A DNA stretch of 64,000 bases from Gammaproteobacteria bacterium (GCA_965238175.1 CBDEGZ010000003.1:2592001-2656000), one strand, 5' to 3'. Shown: positions 29,408 to 41,700, numbered from the stretch's first letter. A program made the numbers and translations. Notes: a model not told the origin generated them from the letters alone.

Positions 29408-29848
29408 ATGGAAAACAAAATAGGATCTAAAATGCATAGAAAACAAACTGGTTTTACACTCATTGAGATGATGATCGTTGTCGCTATTATGGGTATTTTA
29501 GGGGCTATCGCACTACCGGCATACCAGGATCAAATCCGAAAAAGCAAACGTGCCGAAGGACAAAACCTTTTGCTCGATGCAGCGAGTAAGCAGCAACGTT
29601 ATTTTTCGGACAATATTGGTTTTGCGAGCAGGATGAGTGAGCTTGGTTATGCGGCTGACTCTGTAACGTCTACCTCGGAGGCGTATACAGTTACCGTAGA
29701 TCGGGCTGCAGCTGATGGCAGTAGTTTTACCTTACTTGCAACCGCATTGAACGATCAAATAAACGATGGCTGTAAAAACCTGACACTCACAAGTACTGGT
29801 GTAAAAGGTCGATCTGGGACAATACCACTAAAGGAATGTTGGAAGTAA
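29408..29848 (+). CDS. pilE: Type IV minor pilin
   Basis: G/FTLIE, ALPAY, Q-x-x-D-x-C...CW C-terminus. Confidence 0.92.
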   Translation: MENKIGSKMHRKQTGFTLIEMMIVVAIMGILGAIALPAYQDQIRKSKRAEGQNLLLDAASKQQRYFSDNIGFASRMSELGYAADSVTSTSEAYTVTVDRAAADGSSFTLLATALNDQINDGCKNLTLTSTGVKGRSGTIPLKECWK

Positions 29849-29859
29849 GTAAACAACTA

Positions 29860-29889
29860 ATAGCCTTACAGGAGGATCTGTAAGGCTAT
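29860..29889 (+). terminator. Hairpin terminator after pilE
   Basis: ATAGCCTTACAG-GAGGAT-CTGTAAGGCTAT, perfect 12-bp stem. Confidence 0.75.
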
Positions 29890-30004
29890 ATTATCTCAAT
29901 TCAATAGCACTATAAGTTATATACCTATTGTATTTTATTCCTTCTAAGAATATGAAACTACTGATATCTTTAATGGATTAATATACTAACTTTATGGCTT
30001 CTGA

Positions 30005-31660
30005 ATGTATCAATACGACCAATATGACCAAAGAGCAGTCGACGAACGTGTCGAACAATACCGTGAACAGACTCGACGTTACCTGGCTGGTGAACTATCT
30101 GAAGAAGAATTCAAACATCTACGCCTTCGTAATGGATTATATATCCAAACTCATGCCCCAATGCTTAGAGTTGCAATCCCTTACGGTACGCTTTCTTCAA
30201 AGCAAATGCGCATGCTCGCTCATATTGCCCGCGAATACGATAAAGATTATGGCCATATAAGTACCCGGCAAAATATTCAATATAACTGGCCACAGCTTGA
30301 ACGTGTCCCTGATATTTTGGCAGATCTTGCAACTGTTCAAATGCATGCGATCCAGACCAGTGGAAATTGCATTCGTAACACAACCACAGATCATTTAGCT
30401 GGCGTTGCCTCAGATGAAATAGAAGATCCAAGACCTTACTGCGAAATTGTCCGTCAATGGTCTACTTTCCATCCAGAATTTAATTGGTTACCACGTAAAT
30501 TCAAAGTCGCTTTCACAGGTGCTGAGAATGACCGCGCCGCAGTACAGTTACATGATATAGGTATCTATATCGTAAAAAATGATCAAGGAGCAGTAGGCTT
30601 TAAAATTCTGGTCGGTGGCGGTATGGGACGCATGCCTATTATCGGCGAAGTAATCAGAGAGTTTCTTGAGAAAAAACACCTCCTTTCTTATTTGGAAGCC
30701 ATTTTACGGATCTACAATCTTGAAGGACGTCGAGACAATATTCATCGAGCTCGCATCAAGGTGCTTGTAAAATCACTTGGTATCGATACATTTCGTGAGA
30801 AAGTAGAAAAGGAATGGGAGTCTATAAAAGGTTCAGCCTTGCTTCTAGAACAAAAAGAAATTGATCGCGTATCAGCATTTTTTACTAAACCCGATTATGA
30901 TCAAAATGTTGATTCAGAACAATTTAACCAACAAGTAAATTCTGATCCTTTCTTCAATGCCTGGATTAAGAACAACACTGTCGTGCATAAAGTAAATGGT
31001 TATCGATCAGTTTATGTATCACTAAAAGCTCACGGTATTGCGCCGGGCGATATAACCGATGTGCAAATGGATGCGGTTGCCGATGTTGCTGATCTATATG
31101 GTTACGGTGAACTTCGCACAACGCACGATCAAAATATTGTTCTACCAGATGTAAAAGAATCAGATCTCTATTCACTCTGGAAAACACTTCAAAAATATGA
31201 ATTAGCAACAGCGAATATTGGAACACTCAACGATATGATCTGTTGCCCTGGCCTGGATTTCTGTTCACTTGCTAATGCCAGCTCAATTTCGATTGCAGAT
31301 CAAATCAACGAAAAGTTTGATGATATGGATTATCTGCATGACTTAGGTTCAATCAAACTTAAAATGTCCGGTTGTATGAATGCATGTGGTCATCACCATG
31401 TTGGGCATATTGGCATTCTTGGTGTCGATAAAAAAGGAACAGAATTTTATCAATTCACATTAGGTGGATCGGCCGAAAATATTTCCCGACTAGGTGATCG
31501 TTTAGGCCCAGCAATCGGCAAAGAAAATGTGGCAGAAACAATTGGAAATATTCTTGATGTTTATGTCGAACAGCGACAGAATAGCGAAGAAACATTCTTA
31601 CAAACATATTTACGCCTAGGAATTGAACCGTTCAAAGAACGTGTTTATGCACAAGTATAA
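30005..31660 (+). CDS. cysI: Sulfite/nitrite reductase hemoprotein (Pseudomonas-type CysI)
   Basis: RLRNGLY, STRQN, LPRKFK, CPGLDFCSLA and SGCMNACG siroheme/4Fe-4S motifs. Confidence 0.92.
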   Translation: MYQYDQYDQRAVDERVEQYREQTRRYLAGELSEEEFKHLRLRNGLYIQTHAPMLRVAIPYGTLSSKQMRMLAHIAREYDKDYGHISTRQNIQYNWPQLERVPDILADLATVQMHAIQTSGNCIRNTTTDHLAGVASDEIEDPRPYCEIVRQWSTFHPEFNWLPRKFKVAFTGAENDRAAVQLHDIGIYIVKNDQGAVGFKILVGGGMGRMPIIGEVIREFLEKKHLLSYLEAILRIYNLEGRRDNIHRARIKVLVKSLGIDTFREKVEKEWESIKGSALLLEQKEIDRVSAFFTKPDYDQNVDSEQFNQQVNSDPFFNAWIKNNTVVHKVNGYRSVYVSLKAHGIAPGDITDVQMDAVADVADLYGYGELRTTHDQNIVLPDVKESDLYSLWKTLQKYELATANIGTLNDMICCPGLDFCSLANASSISIADQINEKFDDMDYLHDLGSIKLKMSGCMNACGHHHVGHIGILGVDKKGTEFYQFTLGGSAENISRLGDRLGPAIGKENVAETIGNILDVYVEQRQNSEETFLQTYLRLGIEPFKERVYAQV

Positions 31661-31682
31661 ATAAAGCTTATGAGAAAAGATC

Positions 31683-32156
31683 ATGAACGTAATTAAAAAC
31701 CGACAAATAGTAGAAATTGATTGGGCTTTCAGTGAACAAATAAATGCTCAAGGAAATCTGATATTTGGTTACGAAACATATAAAGAAAATAAACAAAGCT
31801 TTTTTTCTCGCGAAGGAAAAACCGGTATCGCTCTCAATGGTGATATTAGCATTGAGAAGATAGAAGCTGACTTTAAAAAGTTTGATCTTATTGCACTAGA
31901 ATTCCCAACCTTCGCTGATGGTCGCTGTTTTTCTTACGCAAGCTTATTAAGAAATACGCACAAATTTCAAGGAGACATACTCGCTTTTGGAGATATTCTA
32001 CGTGATCAGATTGCACATCTGGAACGCAGTGGTTTTAGTTTGATCGAGCTTTCTGGACATCGAGATATTAACGATGCTCTAAATGCATTTCCAGAATTTA
32101 CAACCCCTTATCAAACCGCCGCTGATGGACAAAAAACTATTCTTCAATTACGTTAA
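31683..32156 (+). CDS. DUF934 family protein (CysI-associated)
   Basis: IALEFPTFADGR-x-FS-x-A...GD-x-LRDQ...R-x-GF. Confidence 0.88.
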   Translation: MNVIKNRQIVEIDWAFSEQINAQGNLIFGYETYKENKQSFFSREGKTGIALNGDISIEKIEADFKKFDLIALEFPTFADGRCFSYASLLRNTHKFQGDILAFGDILRDQIAHLERSGFSLIELSGHRDINDALNAFPEFTTPYQTAADGQKTILQLR

Positions 32157-32178
32157 TTTATATAGTGAATATTATATT

Positions 32179-34908
32179 TTAAAGCTCAATTTTTGTTTCC
32201 AACCCACCACGATTTAACTTCAAAAATAATTCCTCAGCGGCATCTCTACCATTAAACTTTTTCTGGCTTGCTAATGCGATCTCAAGTGATTTTCGAGCGG
32301 AACCTGGTTCACCCGATCGCACAAGAGCTTCCGCCAAATGATAATGAAATTCCGGTTCGCCTGGAGACTTATCTATCGCAAGCTCAAGCAAGTTTTGTCC
32401 TTGTTCTAGCTGACCCTCTAACACCGAAAACCATCCATATGAATCAATAACCTGAGGTATCTCAGGTGTCGCTAGATATGCCCTCTTAGCTAAAGATAAT
32501 GCTTTTTTGAGATCGATTTCGTTATACACCCATGCAAGGTTATTCAAAACAAGTGCATTCTCCGGATATACCTTTAATAAGTTTTCATAAACACTGATTG
32601 CCGTTTTTGTATCTCCAGATTTGTGCTTATTAGCTGCTAGCGTCATTCCTATCCTTAAATTGTCAGGCTGCTTTTGAGCCTCTTGTTCTAACATTGATTG
32701 CGCTTCAATATTTAACCCTGATTTCAGGAAAGCGTTATAAAGTTTTAGAACTAACCCGGTCGTTTTATGTTTTGCAATGGCATCTTTATAGGCTGAAATT
32801 GCCTCACTAAACTTGCTTTGCTTTATTAGCATATCACCGTGCAAAATATAGCCATCAGAACGATCAGAAAACCTTACCTTCAAATCATTTGAGATTATTT
32901 CAACTTCAGAATAATTTTTTAATAGAAGCGCTTGTTTACCTAGTTCTATTAACGATTCAGGATTGCTACGGTTAGATAAAATTAATGCAGAATCCAACGC
33001 CTTCTGGCTTTCCTCTATTTGACCATTCATCCGTAATGCTGTGGCATATTTTGTTAATAGTTCGGGCGAATCTGGCTTGAGCATAATTAATTTAGAAAAA
33101 ATATTAACGGCTTCAGAAGATCTGTTTGTCGCCAACTTAACGTCACCAAAGTACATCTGTACATCAGGTCTGTTTGGGGAAAGGTGCTCTAATTCTTCCA
33201 AAATTCTTTGTGCTTTATTAATTTGTCCTAGACCTAAATAGTATGTACCTAATAAAAGACGTGGTGATAGCGCTTCTGAATTTCTATCTTTGGCCATTTT
33301 CAAGAGTTCTACTGCCTTGTCGTTATTTCCAAGTATTTGTTCTTGAATTGCCATCTCTGTCATAATCTCTGGATTGTATGGTGAGTCATATAGTGCTTCT
33401 TCAAAATGTTTTGATGCTAAATCATAATTACCTTTTTGCTGATGAATTTTAGCTAGCCTGACGGTGGCGAAAATAAACGGACGCTTTAAATCGAGTGTTT
33501 TAAGAAACGCTGTTATCGCTTGTTCTAAATCTCCCATACTTTGTGATGCAATCCCTGACAGATACCATAGCATAGGTGTATCAGGGGATTGTTTTATCAG
33601 TTTATCCGCTATAGTTTTTGCTTGTTCGTACTTACTTTCTTGTAATAAAGTTGTGATCAAACTTATGCCAGCATGATCATTTTCCGGTTCAATTTCTACA
33701 ACCTCTTCTAATAACTTTATCGCCTTTTCACGATCATTTTTTATGTCATTACTTCTTCCTAAGTAACCCATTGCGCTATACATTTTAACTAAAACAGAAT
33801 TCGGCGAAACTTGGCGTGCCTGCTCAAAATATTCTATAGCTGAATCATTCTCACCCTTGAACAAATAAGCATTTCCTAAAATAAGCAAAAACTCTGAATT
33901 TGTTCTTCCAACCTCATAATGATTTTCAAGAATTTCAAGTGTCGAATCTGGCTGTTGTTTTCTCAAGAATATTGAAGCAATGTACATTCTGACATCGAGA
34001 TCATTTGGATACACTTTCAAATATCGACTTAGGAATGTCTCACTTCTATCCAAATGCCTCAAATCCAAATGTAGTTTACCCATCAAAAACAAACTTTCTT
34101 TATGATTTGGCTCTACCTTTAACACCTTATTAAGAAATTTTTGCGTTTCTGAAATGTTATTTTCAAAATAATGAATAGTTGCAAAAAGATAATTCGCAAC
34201 TACATGCTCGGCTTCTATTTCTAATACTTTTTCTAAATGTTTTTTTGAATCATCTAAAACACTATTATCTTCAGAATATATTCGATGACTACTGGGTACT
34301 ATCCAATCGTTCTCAGTATCTTGCGTATTACGTTTTGCACTCACATTTGATTTGTTCTTTTCTGCTTGAATGATTCCTTCTTGAGCTAAACCTAAATGAG
34401 ATGAAATTAAATCAGGATCAATTAATAATGCCCTTTGATAATAGTTCTTTGCTTTTTCAACTTCATTTAATCCAGCAAAACAATGCCCAGATAAAGCAAG
34501 CCCTTGTGCTGTTTGAAATTGATCTTGATTATCATCTATTATCGAAAATGCATTTTGAAACTTGGCAGTATGGATCAGTGCATCTACTAAAGAATAAAGA
34601 ATAATTTGACTGGTTGAACCACCTTCAACCACTGTAGTGAGTAGCTCTATGACCTCTGAATACTGCTTTTTTTCAAGAAGTATTGCACTCAGCTCGACTA
34701 ATGCAGACTCATTGTCAGGATATTTTTGAAGGATATCTTTTAGTTCTAATAATGCAATCCCCACATGATTCTGAGAACGATGTAACTTAGCTTCTCGAAC
34801 TAACTCATTGGGACTTTTTAGATTACAACCCGTGATGAACAATAAACATAAAATAACTACTCTTATTTGTCTTACATAACCCATTATTATCATATCCTTT
34901 GATAACAC
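32179..34908 (-). CDS. prsT: PEP-CTERM system TPR-repeat lipoprotein (PrsT-like)
   Basis: Lipobox ITGC, TPR array, LNNLAW...DSYGW...YHLA C-terminus; directly downstream of the exosortase. Confidence 0.82.
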   Translation of the reverse strand: MLSKDMIIMGYVRQIRVVILCLLFITGCNLKSPNELVREAKLHRSQNHVGIALLELKDILQKYPDNESALVELSAILLEKKQYSEVIELLTTVVEGGSTSQIILYSLVDALIHTAKFQNAFSIIDDNQDQFQTAQGLALSGHCFAGLNEVEKAKNYYQRALLIDPDLISSHLGLAQEGIIQAEKNKSNVSAKRNTQDTENDWIVPSSHRIYSEDNSVLDDSKKHLEKVLEIEAEHVVANYLFATIHYFENNISETQKFLNKVLKVEPNHKESLFLMGKLHLDLRHLDRSETFLSRYLKVYPNDLDVRMYIASIFLRKQQPDSTLEILENHYEVGRTNSEFLLILGNAYLFKGENDSAIEYFEQARQVSPNSVLVKMYSAMGYLGRSNDIKNDREKAIKLLEEVVEIEPENDHAGISLITTLLQESKYEQAKTIADKLIKQSPDTPMLWYLSGIASQSMGDLEQAITAFLKTLDLKRPFIFATVRLAKIHQQKGNYDLASKHFEEALYDSPYNPEIMTEMAIQEQILGNNDKAVELLKMAKDRNSEALSPRLLLGTYYLGLGQINKAQRILEELEHLSPNRPDVQMYFGDVKLATNRSSEAVNIFSKLIMLKPDSPELLTKYATALRMNGQIEESQKALDSALILSNRSNPESLIELGKQALLLKNYSEVEIISNDLKVRFSDRSDGYILHGDMLIKQSKFSEAISAYKDAIAKHKTTGLVLKLYNAFLKSGLNIEAQSMLEQEAQKQPDNLRIGMTLAANKHKSGDTKTAISVYENLLKVYPENALVLNNLAWVYNEIDLKKALSLAKRAYLATPEIPQVIDSYGWFSVLEGQLEQGQNLLELAIDKSPGEPEFHYHLAEALVRSGEPGSARKSLEIALASQKKFNGRDAAEELFLKLNRGGLETKIEL

Positions 34909-34948
34909 TTTTTGTTGCCCAGCAAGGCATAGTTAGATCACATTCGGT

Positions 34949-36499
34949 TTAATCAACCTTATCAAGGTTTTTGTTGATAGCCTTTATCATACTGCTATGA
35001 AAATCTCTCAGTTGATTACTCGCAACTACATATCCATCTGTAATATCGGCGGAAATCATGATGACTGAAGATACCTTGTTCCCCACGAACAAACCATATA
35101 AGTCCAGAAACTTACTGACAATTGGGCGCGTTGTTGTTTTCCCTGCCGTTCTATACCAATACCAAATCAGCTTTTCCTTACCTGCAGGACTCTTTAATTT
35201 CAACTCAAGAACTTTATTACCAGTATCATTCACTGTTTGGCCAACCGTATGGATCTGCCGTGTAACCTCTTGCCATATCTCTTCTGAGTATAGGTAATTA
35301 TTTACATTGATTAATTCTTTATCTTGTTTTTGAGTTTGATATGAAGCTATGTAAAGTCGTACCCTATTTTGTGCAACTTGATAATACTGATCAACAATAT
35401 TATCAGCCGCATTATAATTTGGTCGTAATGGTCTATAAGACTCAACATAATCAAATACTTCTTCCCAATCATCATTCCCGACTGGTGCGATTAACAGAGA
35501 CTCAGAATCCGTTATTAAGACATTATCATTTATATCATAGAGTCTTTGTTTGATTAGTGGACCTGATAATAGTGCTACAACAACAAATGGTAAAATAAAT
35601 CTATAGCTTACTTTAACATCATCGTTTTGTTTCTTGCTGATACGATTTACATAACTTGTATTTTTAGCTTTTACCTTTTGTTCTGCCTTACTAAGCATAT
35701 TACCTATGAAAAAGACTGGTAATAACATGCCAACAAAAATATACCAGCCCAATGTTAAGTGCTCATGTACCCAAGGATGCTGCATTTCGGTTAAATTACC
35801 TGCAATTACTACTGTGCTAATTCGTAAAGCATTGGATAACAAAGCTGCAAAAACAACTATCGCAAAGAAATAAAATGCTCTCCACTTTGTTAAACCTTCA
35901 AGATAAATATAGAATCCACCCAACGTCATTGCCGCCAGTAGATATCGCAATCCACTACAGCCTTCAGCAACAAAAAATTTCCCAGCGGGTATGTTCAAAT
36001 AAACACCCTCTCGAAGAATAGCTGTACCAGTCAGTTTCACCAAAAAATGAGAAACAACTGCTGCAAAAGTTTGAAGATAGGGTAAAAATAATTCCCACAC
36101 AGGAAAAGCAACTAACAGAAAAACAATTGGAAACCATAGTCGTGTCAGAAATTCTCTGCCTGCAAGGGCAAAAACTAATGTAGGTACAAGTAAGAAAAAG
36201 CTTATATTTTCTACAAAACGAATACCAAGATAAATACTGACCACCCAAAGTAATGATAATGGTATCAGCAGAATACTTGCTATCAAATTCGGGCTCAAAC
36301 AGATGTCTTTGATCTCTTCTCGCCATCCCCAAATCATATAGAAAGAGATAGTTAAAACCGCAAAACCGTGTGCATATGCACCGTGCTCCCACTGCACCCA
36401 GTCATTTAACAGATATTGAATCGTTTCTATATAAGCAATCAAAAATATTGAACTAATAATAAGAAAAATTGCTAAGGTTTTAAAATTTGTCTGTGCCAT
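34949..36499 (-). CDS. xrtA: Exosortase with fused EpsI domain
   Basis: YAHG, VAEGCSGLRYL (catalytic Cys), N-x-LR, H-x-x-x-GW, C-terminal ELIN...WYWY. Confidence 0.9.
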   Translation of the reverse strand: MAQTNFKTLAIFLIISSIFLIAYIETIQYLLNDWVQWEHGAYAHGFAVLTISFYMIWGWREEIKDICLSPNLIASILLIPLSLLWVVSIYLGIRFVENISFFLLVPTLVFALAGREFLTRLWFPIVFLLVAFPVWELFLPYLQTFAAVVSHFLVKLTGTAILREGVYLNIPAGKFFVAEGCSGLRYLLAAMTLGGFYIYLEGLTKWRAFYFFAIVVFAALLSNALRISTVVIAGNLTEMQHPWVHEHLTLGWYIFVGMLLPVFFIGNMLSKAEQKVKAKNTSYVNRISKKQNDDVKVSYRFILPFVVVALLSGPLIKQRLYDINDNVLITDSESLLIAPVGNDDWEEVFDYVESYRPLRPNYNAADNIVDQYYQVAQNRVRLYIASYQTQKQDKELINVNNYLYSEEIWQEVTRQIHTVGQTVNDTGNKVLELKLKSPAGKEKLIWYWYRTAGKTTTRPIVSKFLDLYGLFVGNKVSSVIMISADITDGYVVASNQLRDFHSSMIKAINKNLDKVD

Positions 36500-36727
36500 T
36501 AAATTTATATGTATGCTATTTATCCAAAATAAGTGATGCTTTAATTTCTTAATAGGGCTTTTATCGGTTCATTCACACTTTAACTTAACTTTATCCAATG
36601 TGTATTATTAAAAAATAAACGTTATTACTTTTATGTAACAATTAATACTAATGTTTTTTTTTAATACGCCGCTATTAATGTTAGATGTTTTTCTAAATCA
36701 AGGGTTGAAGAAGAAACTACAGGGCAT

Positions 36728-37387
36728 ATGGATATGAACTATAAAAAACTCAATATTTTATATTGGCAACCATACCAATTATTACTCGCAAACATCATTT
36801 TCTCTCTCATATTAACGTTACTCTCTTGTACAGTACGTGCTGGAATGGTTGATCTGACACTCTTTGGTGAAACAACTGACGCTTCAAATCAAAACAGTTT
36901 CGGTCTATCACCAGGGGAGCAAGTTAGTTTAAAAACCACTTTTGATTATTCAACCTTGACTGGAATAGGTGCTGAATCAATCAAATTCACTAAAAGTTCT
37001 GGAAATAGCCTTAATTTAATTATGGGTGATTTGAACTTCTCTACAGATAATTTCGCAAGTTTTTCTCTTGGCTATCCTACAATTAACTTCTTAGATGGTA
37101 TTTTTTCTGGTATAGATTACTTTGCTATTTCAGGTGCGAATGGTGCTCTGGAAAATCTTTTTTCTTATGAAAAAAAGTGGACAAGTATTGGTTCGATTAC
37201 TACAGGAACTAATTCATTATTGTCGGGGCAGGGTTCAACTCAATGGGTAACAGGTACATGGGATGAGCCCTCATTAAGTGTCAATGGTGTTCCATATGTT
37301 CCTGAGCCAGGTCCATTAACGCTTGCAGTAATTGGTGTTTTGGGTGCCTGGGCTTCATCTCACCGTCGCAAGACATTTAAAGAATAG
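36728..37387 (+). CDS. PEP-CTERM sorting domain protein (start uncertain)
   Basis: C-terminal VPEPGPLTLAVIGVLG...RRK; signal peptide ending in VRA. Confidence 0.88.
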   Translation: MDMNYKKLNILYWQPYQLLLANIIFSLILTLLSCTVRAGMVDLTLFGETTDASNQNSFGLSPGEQVSLKTTFDYSTLTGIGAESIKFTKSSGNSLNLIMGDLNFSTDNFASFSLGYPTINFLDGIFSGIDYFAISGANGALENLFSYEKKWTSIGSITTGTNSLLSGQGSTQWVTGTWDEPSLSVNGVPYVPEPGPLTLAVIGVLGAWASSHRRKTFKE

Positions 37388-37407
37388 TTACTCACTCAAA
37401 CCGCACA

Positions 37408-38706
37408 CTACAACATTCTTGCATAGCGCTGACTGGTTTCGTCCAGTCGCTCTATGAGTATTTTTTGAATCGTCTTATTAATTCTCATTTGACAAGATAA
37501 AGATGCCCAATCGGACAAAGAATCTTCGAGTTTTAGCACCACTGTTTTACTGATAGCCGTAATAGTTGCAGATCGTTTTCCATCATGCAACCAGGACATT
37601 TCACCAAAACAATCACCATCACTTAACGTTGTAATTTCTTTATCCATTTTAGTCACAGAAACATTTCCAGAAGTAATGACGTAAAACGTTTTATCTTGTT
37701 TACCTTCGCTCATGATATGAGTACCAGCCAGGCAAACCTCCCATTCACCTTCTTCCAATATTTCTTCTATATCTTGTTCGGAAAAACCATCAAAGAACTT
37801 CAGTTTAGAGAGCAGTTCGAGTTTTTGTTCCCGGGTAAGTTGTTCTTCAGAAGTTTCAATTTCAAACTCAACTTTTATCAAGTCCTCAGCTAACTCAGCA
37901 CAATTTTCATACCGATCCTTTGGTTTTTTTTGTAATAATTTATCTATTATTTTTGATAATGATGGTGGTATTTCAGGACGATATTTTTGTATTGGTTTTG
38001 GTTCGCTGGTAACAATATTCTTAAAAAGTGCAGGCATAGTACTGGCCTGAAAAGGGTGAACCCCAGCTAATAATTCATACATAACAACACCGAGAGAAAA
38101 AATATCTGTTTGATGTGTTAACGACTTACCACTTGCTTGTTCAGGCGACATATAAAGAGGAGATCCAAGGCCTTTTTGAGTCGAGATTTTTTCATGTGCC
38201 TTTCTAACTGCAATACCAAAATCCGCAATCTTTAAATCACCCTCTTTTGTCAACAAAAGATTCGCTGGTTTAATGTCCCTATGAGTGATCCCTTTTCCAT
38301 GCGCATAGTCCAATGCTTCTGCACATTGGCGAATGTAATGTAAAATCTGAGTCACAGGAAGTAAATCTTTTCGCTTGCGAAATGAGCGCAATGTATCTGC
38401 GTCTTCGACGAATTCTATCGCAATATAATCCTGGCCATCGGCATCCCCCGCCTCATAAACTTTAATAATATTCGGGTGATCAAGTATTCCAGCCGCTTTA
38501 GCTTCGTTAAAAAATTGCCGATGATTATCTTCTGCCATTGTTTCATCAAGTGAGAACTCACCTGCAGTAGCACTCAGACTTACCTTTATAGCCACTTTTC
38601 TATCAACGAATGGATCATGCCCTATATAGACAACGCCCATAGCTCCTTTGCCGGCTACTCCAACAATTTCATACTTACCTATTTTTTCAGGTAATTTTTC
38701 AGACAT
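37408..38706 (-). CDS. Hanks-type Ser/Thr protein kinase with C-terminal cyclic-nucleotide-binding domain
   Basis: [24 protein letters not shown] and YMSPEQ kinase motifs; FGEMS...RSAT phosphate-binding cassette. ATG overlaps the upstream TAA. Confidence 0.92.
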   Translation of the reverse strand: MSEKLPEKIGKYEIVGVAGKGAMGVVYIGHDPFVDRKVAIKVSLSATAGEFSLDETMAEDNHRQFFNEAKAAGILDHPNIIKVYEAGDADGQDYIAIEFVEDADTLRSFRKRKDLLPVTQILHYIRQCAEALDYAHGKGITHRDIKPANLLLTKEGDLKIADFGIAVRKAHEKISTQKGLGSPLYMSPEQASGKSLTHQTDIFSLGVVMYELLAGVHPFQASTMPALFKNIVTSEPKPIQKYRPEIPPSLSKIIDKLLQKKPKDRYENCAELAEDLIKVEFEIETSEEQLTREQKLELLSKLKFFDGFSEQDIEEILEEGEWEVCLAGTHIMSEGKQDKTFYVITSGNVSVTKMDKEITTLSDGDCFGEMSWLHDGKRSATITAISKTVVLKLEDSLSDWASLSCQMRINKTIQKILIERLDETSQRYARML

Positions 38707-41700
38707 TATGCAGATTCCACGGAAACTGAATTCAAACACTCGGCTTTTTCAGCTTCTGATTCAGTAATATAATCAATATTCATTTCGACTAGTAACTCCA
38801 AAGTATCCTCATCAATTTCATGAGATACGACAGTTTGTTTTTCCATCATATGCGCTATATCATTAAGTGATTTAATCAAACCATAACTTTGTGCACTTTC
38901 AACAACGTCACTCGTCAAGATCTCATCTATACAAATGTAGTCAATCGGTAATTTCAATGCCTCCTGACTCAACCCATTAACACCAAATTGACCCAATGAA
39001 AAACGACAACCAAACTCTCTCAATGTACGGATAAAACGAACAACACTTAGCTTTTCATCTTCAGAAAAAATTCCAGGGACATCGAAACAGATCTTACCAG
39101 GCGGAACCGAACACTCCGTTAGTTTTTTGATTACATAATCAAGCGCTCCTCTAGAATTGATCGTTTTAGCAGAAAGACTTATCAAGCATCTTGTTTTTGA
39201 TAAAGTCTTTTTCTTATTCTCAGACATCCATTCAAGACAATTATGAATATATCGCTTTTCGAAAGCACTAATAAGATCGTGATCAGAAGAAGCTTTTATA
39301 AACCGTTCCGGCTTTCTTAAAACACCCTCTTCATCTTCCATGGCTGGAAAAATATGTAACATCTTGATAGCTTGCTCTTCCTTATTCGCAACAATTCGTT
39401 GGCCATATAGTGGAATGCGTTCTTCAGACTGACTATAACCTTCTAACCAAAATTGCCAATCAATAACTTCATGTTCAGAATCAACTTTCTGTCCATCTTC
39501 AGAGGGGGAAACTTCTTCATGGATCCAAGCTTGGTTTTCTCCTAGCTCCTTAGCTTTCTCACAAGCATCAATCGCTAGCGAAACTACTTGATCAATATCC
39601 GTCGCTAATTCATTAATAACTGATATTCCAATAGAAATTGGGAAATGAACTCTTACATCTTTCAAGATAAAATCACTATCTTCTAACGATTTAAGCAACG
39701 TTTCTGCAAGAATAAATGCCCCTTCTCTAGACATAAATTCGGATGTAATACCTAATGCATGTTCACCATGCCTACCAATAAGGCTTTTTTGTCCAAAGAC
39801 TTCCAAAGCCAATTTAGCAACGTGCTTTAAGTAATTAATTATTTTTTCATTATCTTCACCATCTTCAGCTACTGATAATGATAAATAGAAGAATTCATGT
39901 TCAACATGATCTTGACGAGCATTTTCCAACAATAAGCCGAGTTGCGTACGATATTTCTCTTCATTAAGCAGTCCTGTTTCTTCATCAATGATGATCTGTT
40001 TATTCACATCATGATAAGCACCAAATAAACTCGAAAGTATTGCTCTGTCAAACAATGGTTTTTGATCTTTGTCAGATAATTCAGCAGTTCCCTTTAACAA
40101 TCTTATAACGAGTTCCTGCTGGGTCATACTTACAGCTTTATTACCCTCATTATCGACAAAAATAAACTGATTATAAGCTGGTCCTATCCAGGCAAGTGAT
40201 AGCAATTTTCTTTCACCTGCCACACCTTCAATAACAAGAGAATCACCTCTTCGCATTGACTTAGCATGACTTTGCCAAACTTTATACTCACCGGTAGGTT
40301 CTGGAATTTTTGATCGATTCCGATTCTCATCAGGATTGTCTTTCTTAAAACCCTGTAGCAGCGTTTGATCTTGGTTACACTGATCAATAACTTTCTGAAC
40401 ACGTAACTGGTAGAGGTTACTTTGTCGTTCTAATAATTCATTTAGACTATTAGTTATATTCTCCAAGCTATTTGCATCATAGCTTTCTAATGACAAAATC
40501 CTTTCCACAATGTCATCAATGGCTGGCCTGATCTCGATTTGTTGACTACCACCACGCATATCCAATTGCTCAAATAGGTTTATGATATTTCGCAGTGGGT
40601 TGGATCTATCTTGAAACAAACCTCCTTCGGAAATGGCTTGCTTGTAAAGAACTGCTTGCATACGCTGAAAATCTTGCCTTGCGTAACTACTTAAATATTG
40701 TTCTTCTTTAAGAAAATCTAAAACACCTTCAGCAAGACCAAACACATTTTGTACATCTGCCCCAAATTGTTGGCCCCCATTCTGAAATAACGGGTTTAAT
40801 CGGCCTTCGATATCTCCGATCATTTCACCTTTTTTCCATTTAAGGTTATCTTCCTGCTGGATCCGATTAAGAAGCGTAATGATCTGTTGCTGATTAGCAA
40901 CGCTTATTGTTTCATTTGCACCAGCTTGTTCCTGGAACATTTCATGTGAGCTCGTTGGAATACCGACACTATGTTTCAGCGCCATTAAAGTTTGTGTAAT
41001 TTGTTCACTACTTTGTGGCGCAAAAGAAGGTACTGCACCCGCCATTACAGGTACTCCAATGTTGTTTCCATTGTGACCTGTGGGATATCCCCTCCCTGGG
41101 TACATTTGTACTTGTTGAGGCACTTCTATTTTGTCACTCGTCCTTCTCAGTCGGGAACTTTCATGAACAGTTCCAGGCCGTTTACTAGCTCTATTCTGAG
41201 GAGAGCTTTCTATACCTTCAGAAAGTTCTTCATACAAAATGATTAGATCTGGGAGTAGAACTTCTTCCAGTTGATGATAGGCCAATCTTAGCGCCGTATA
41301 CCCAAGATCTTTACTTTGAAGATACGAGTCAATCGTTGTAAATAAACGAGAAAAACCAATAGGATTTAGAATTTCATCATAGTTAGAATCATATAACTCA
41401 GACAACTTTCTGGTGACTCTATATAACAATAACCGATGATCAGCTTCAGCATCTGATACTATCCCAGTGAGTACTAGGTAGGTTTCGAATTCTTTTTCAG
41501 CAACTAGTGATAAAGTACCACTTCTTGATAGATCTTGATTTTCAAAAGCCTTTTCCCAATTGAGTGCAGGTCGTTTATGAAATTGACCTTGTATAGCCTT
41601 GGTAATATTTGTTACTGCACTATCCACATAGTCTTCGAATACACCATGAGCATTGAAATATTCATACTTTTCATTTTCGTCAGTAGTTTCCTTAATTGAA

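Noticed and set aside
38707-38739. Longer kinase start at 38739
   Set aside because: It lies within the upstream gene; the coupled ATG at 38706 is more plausible.
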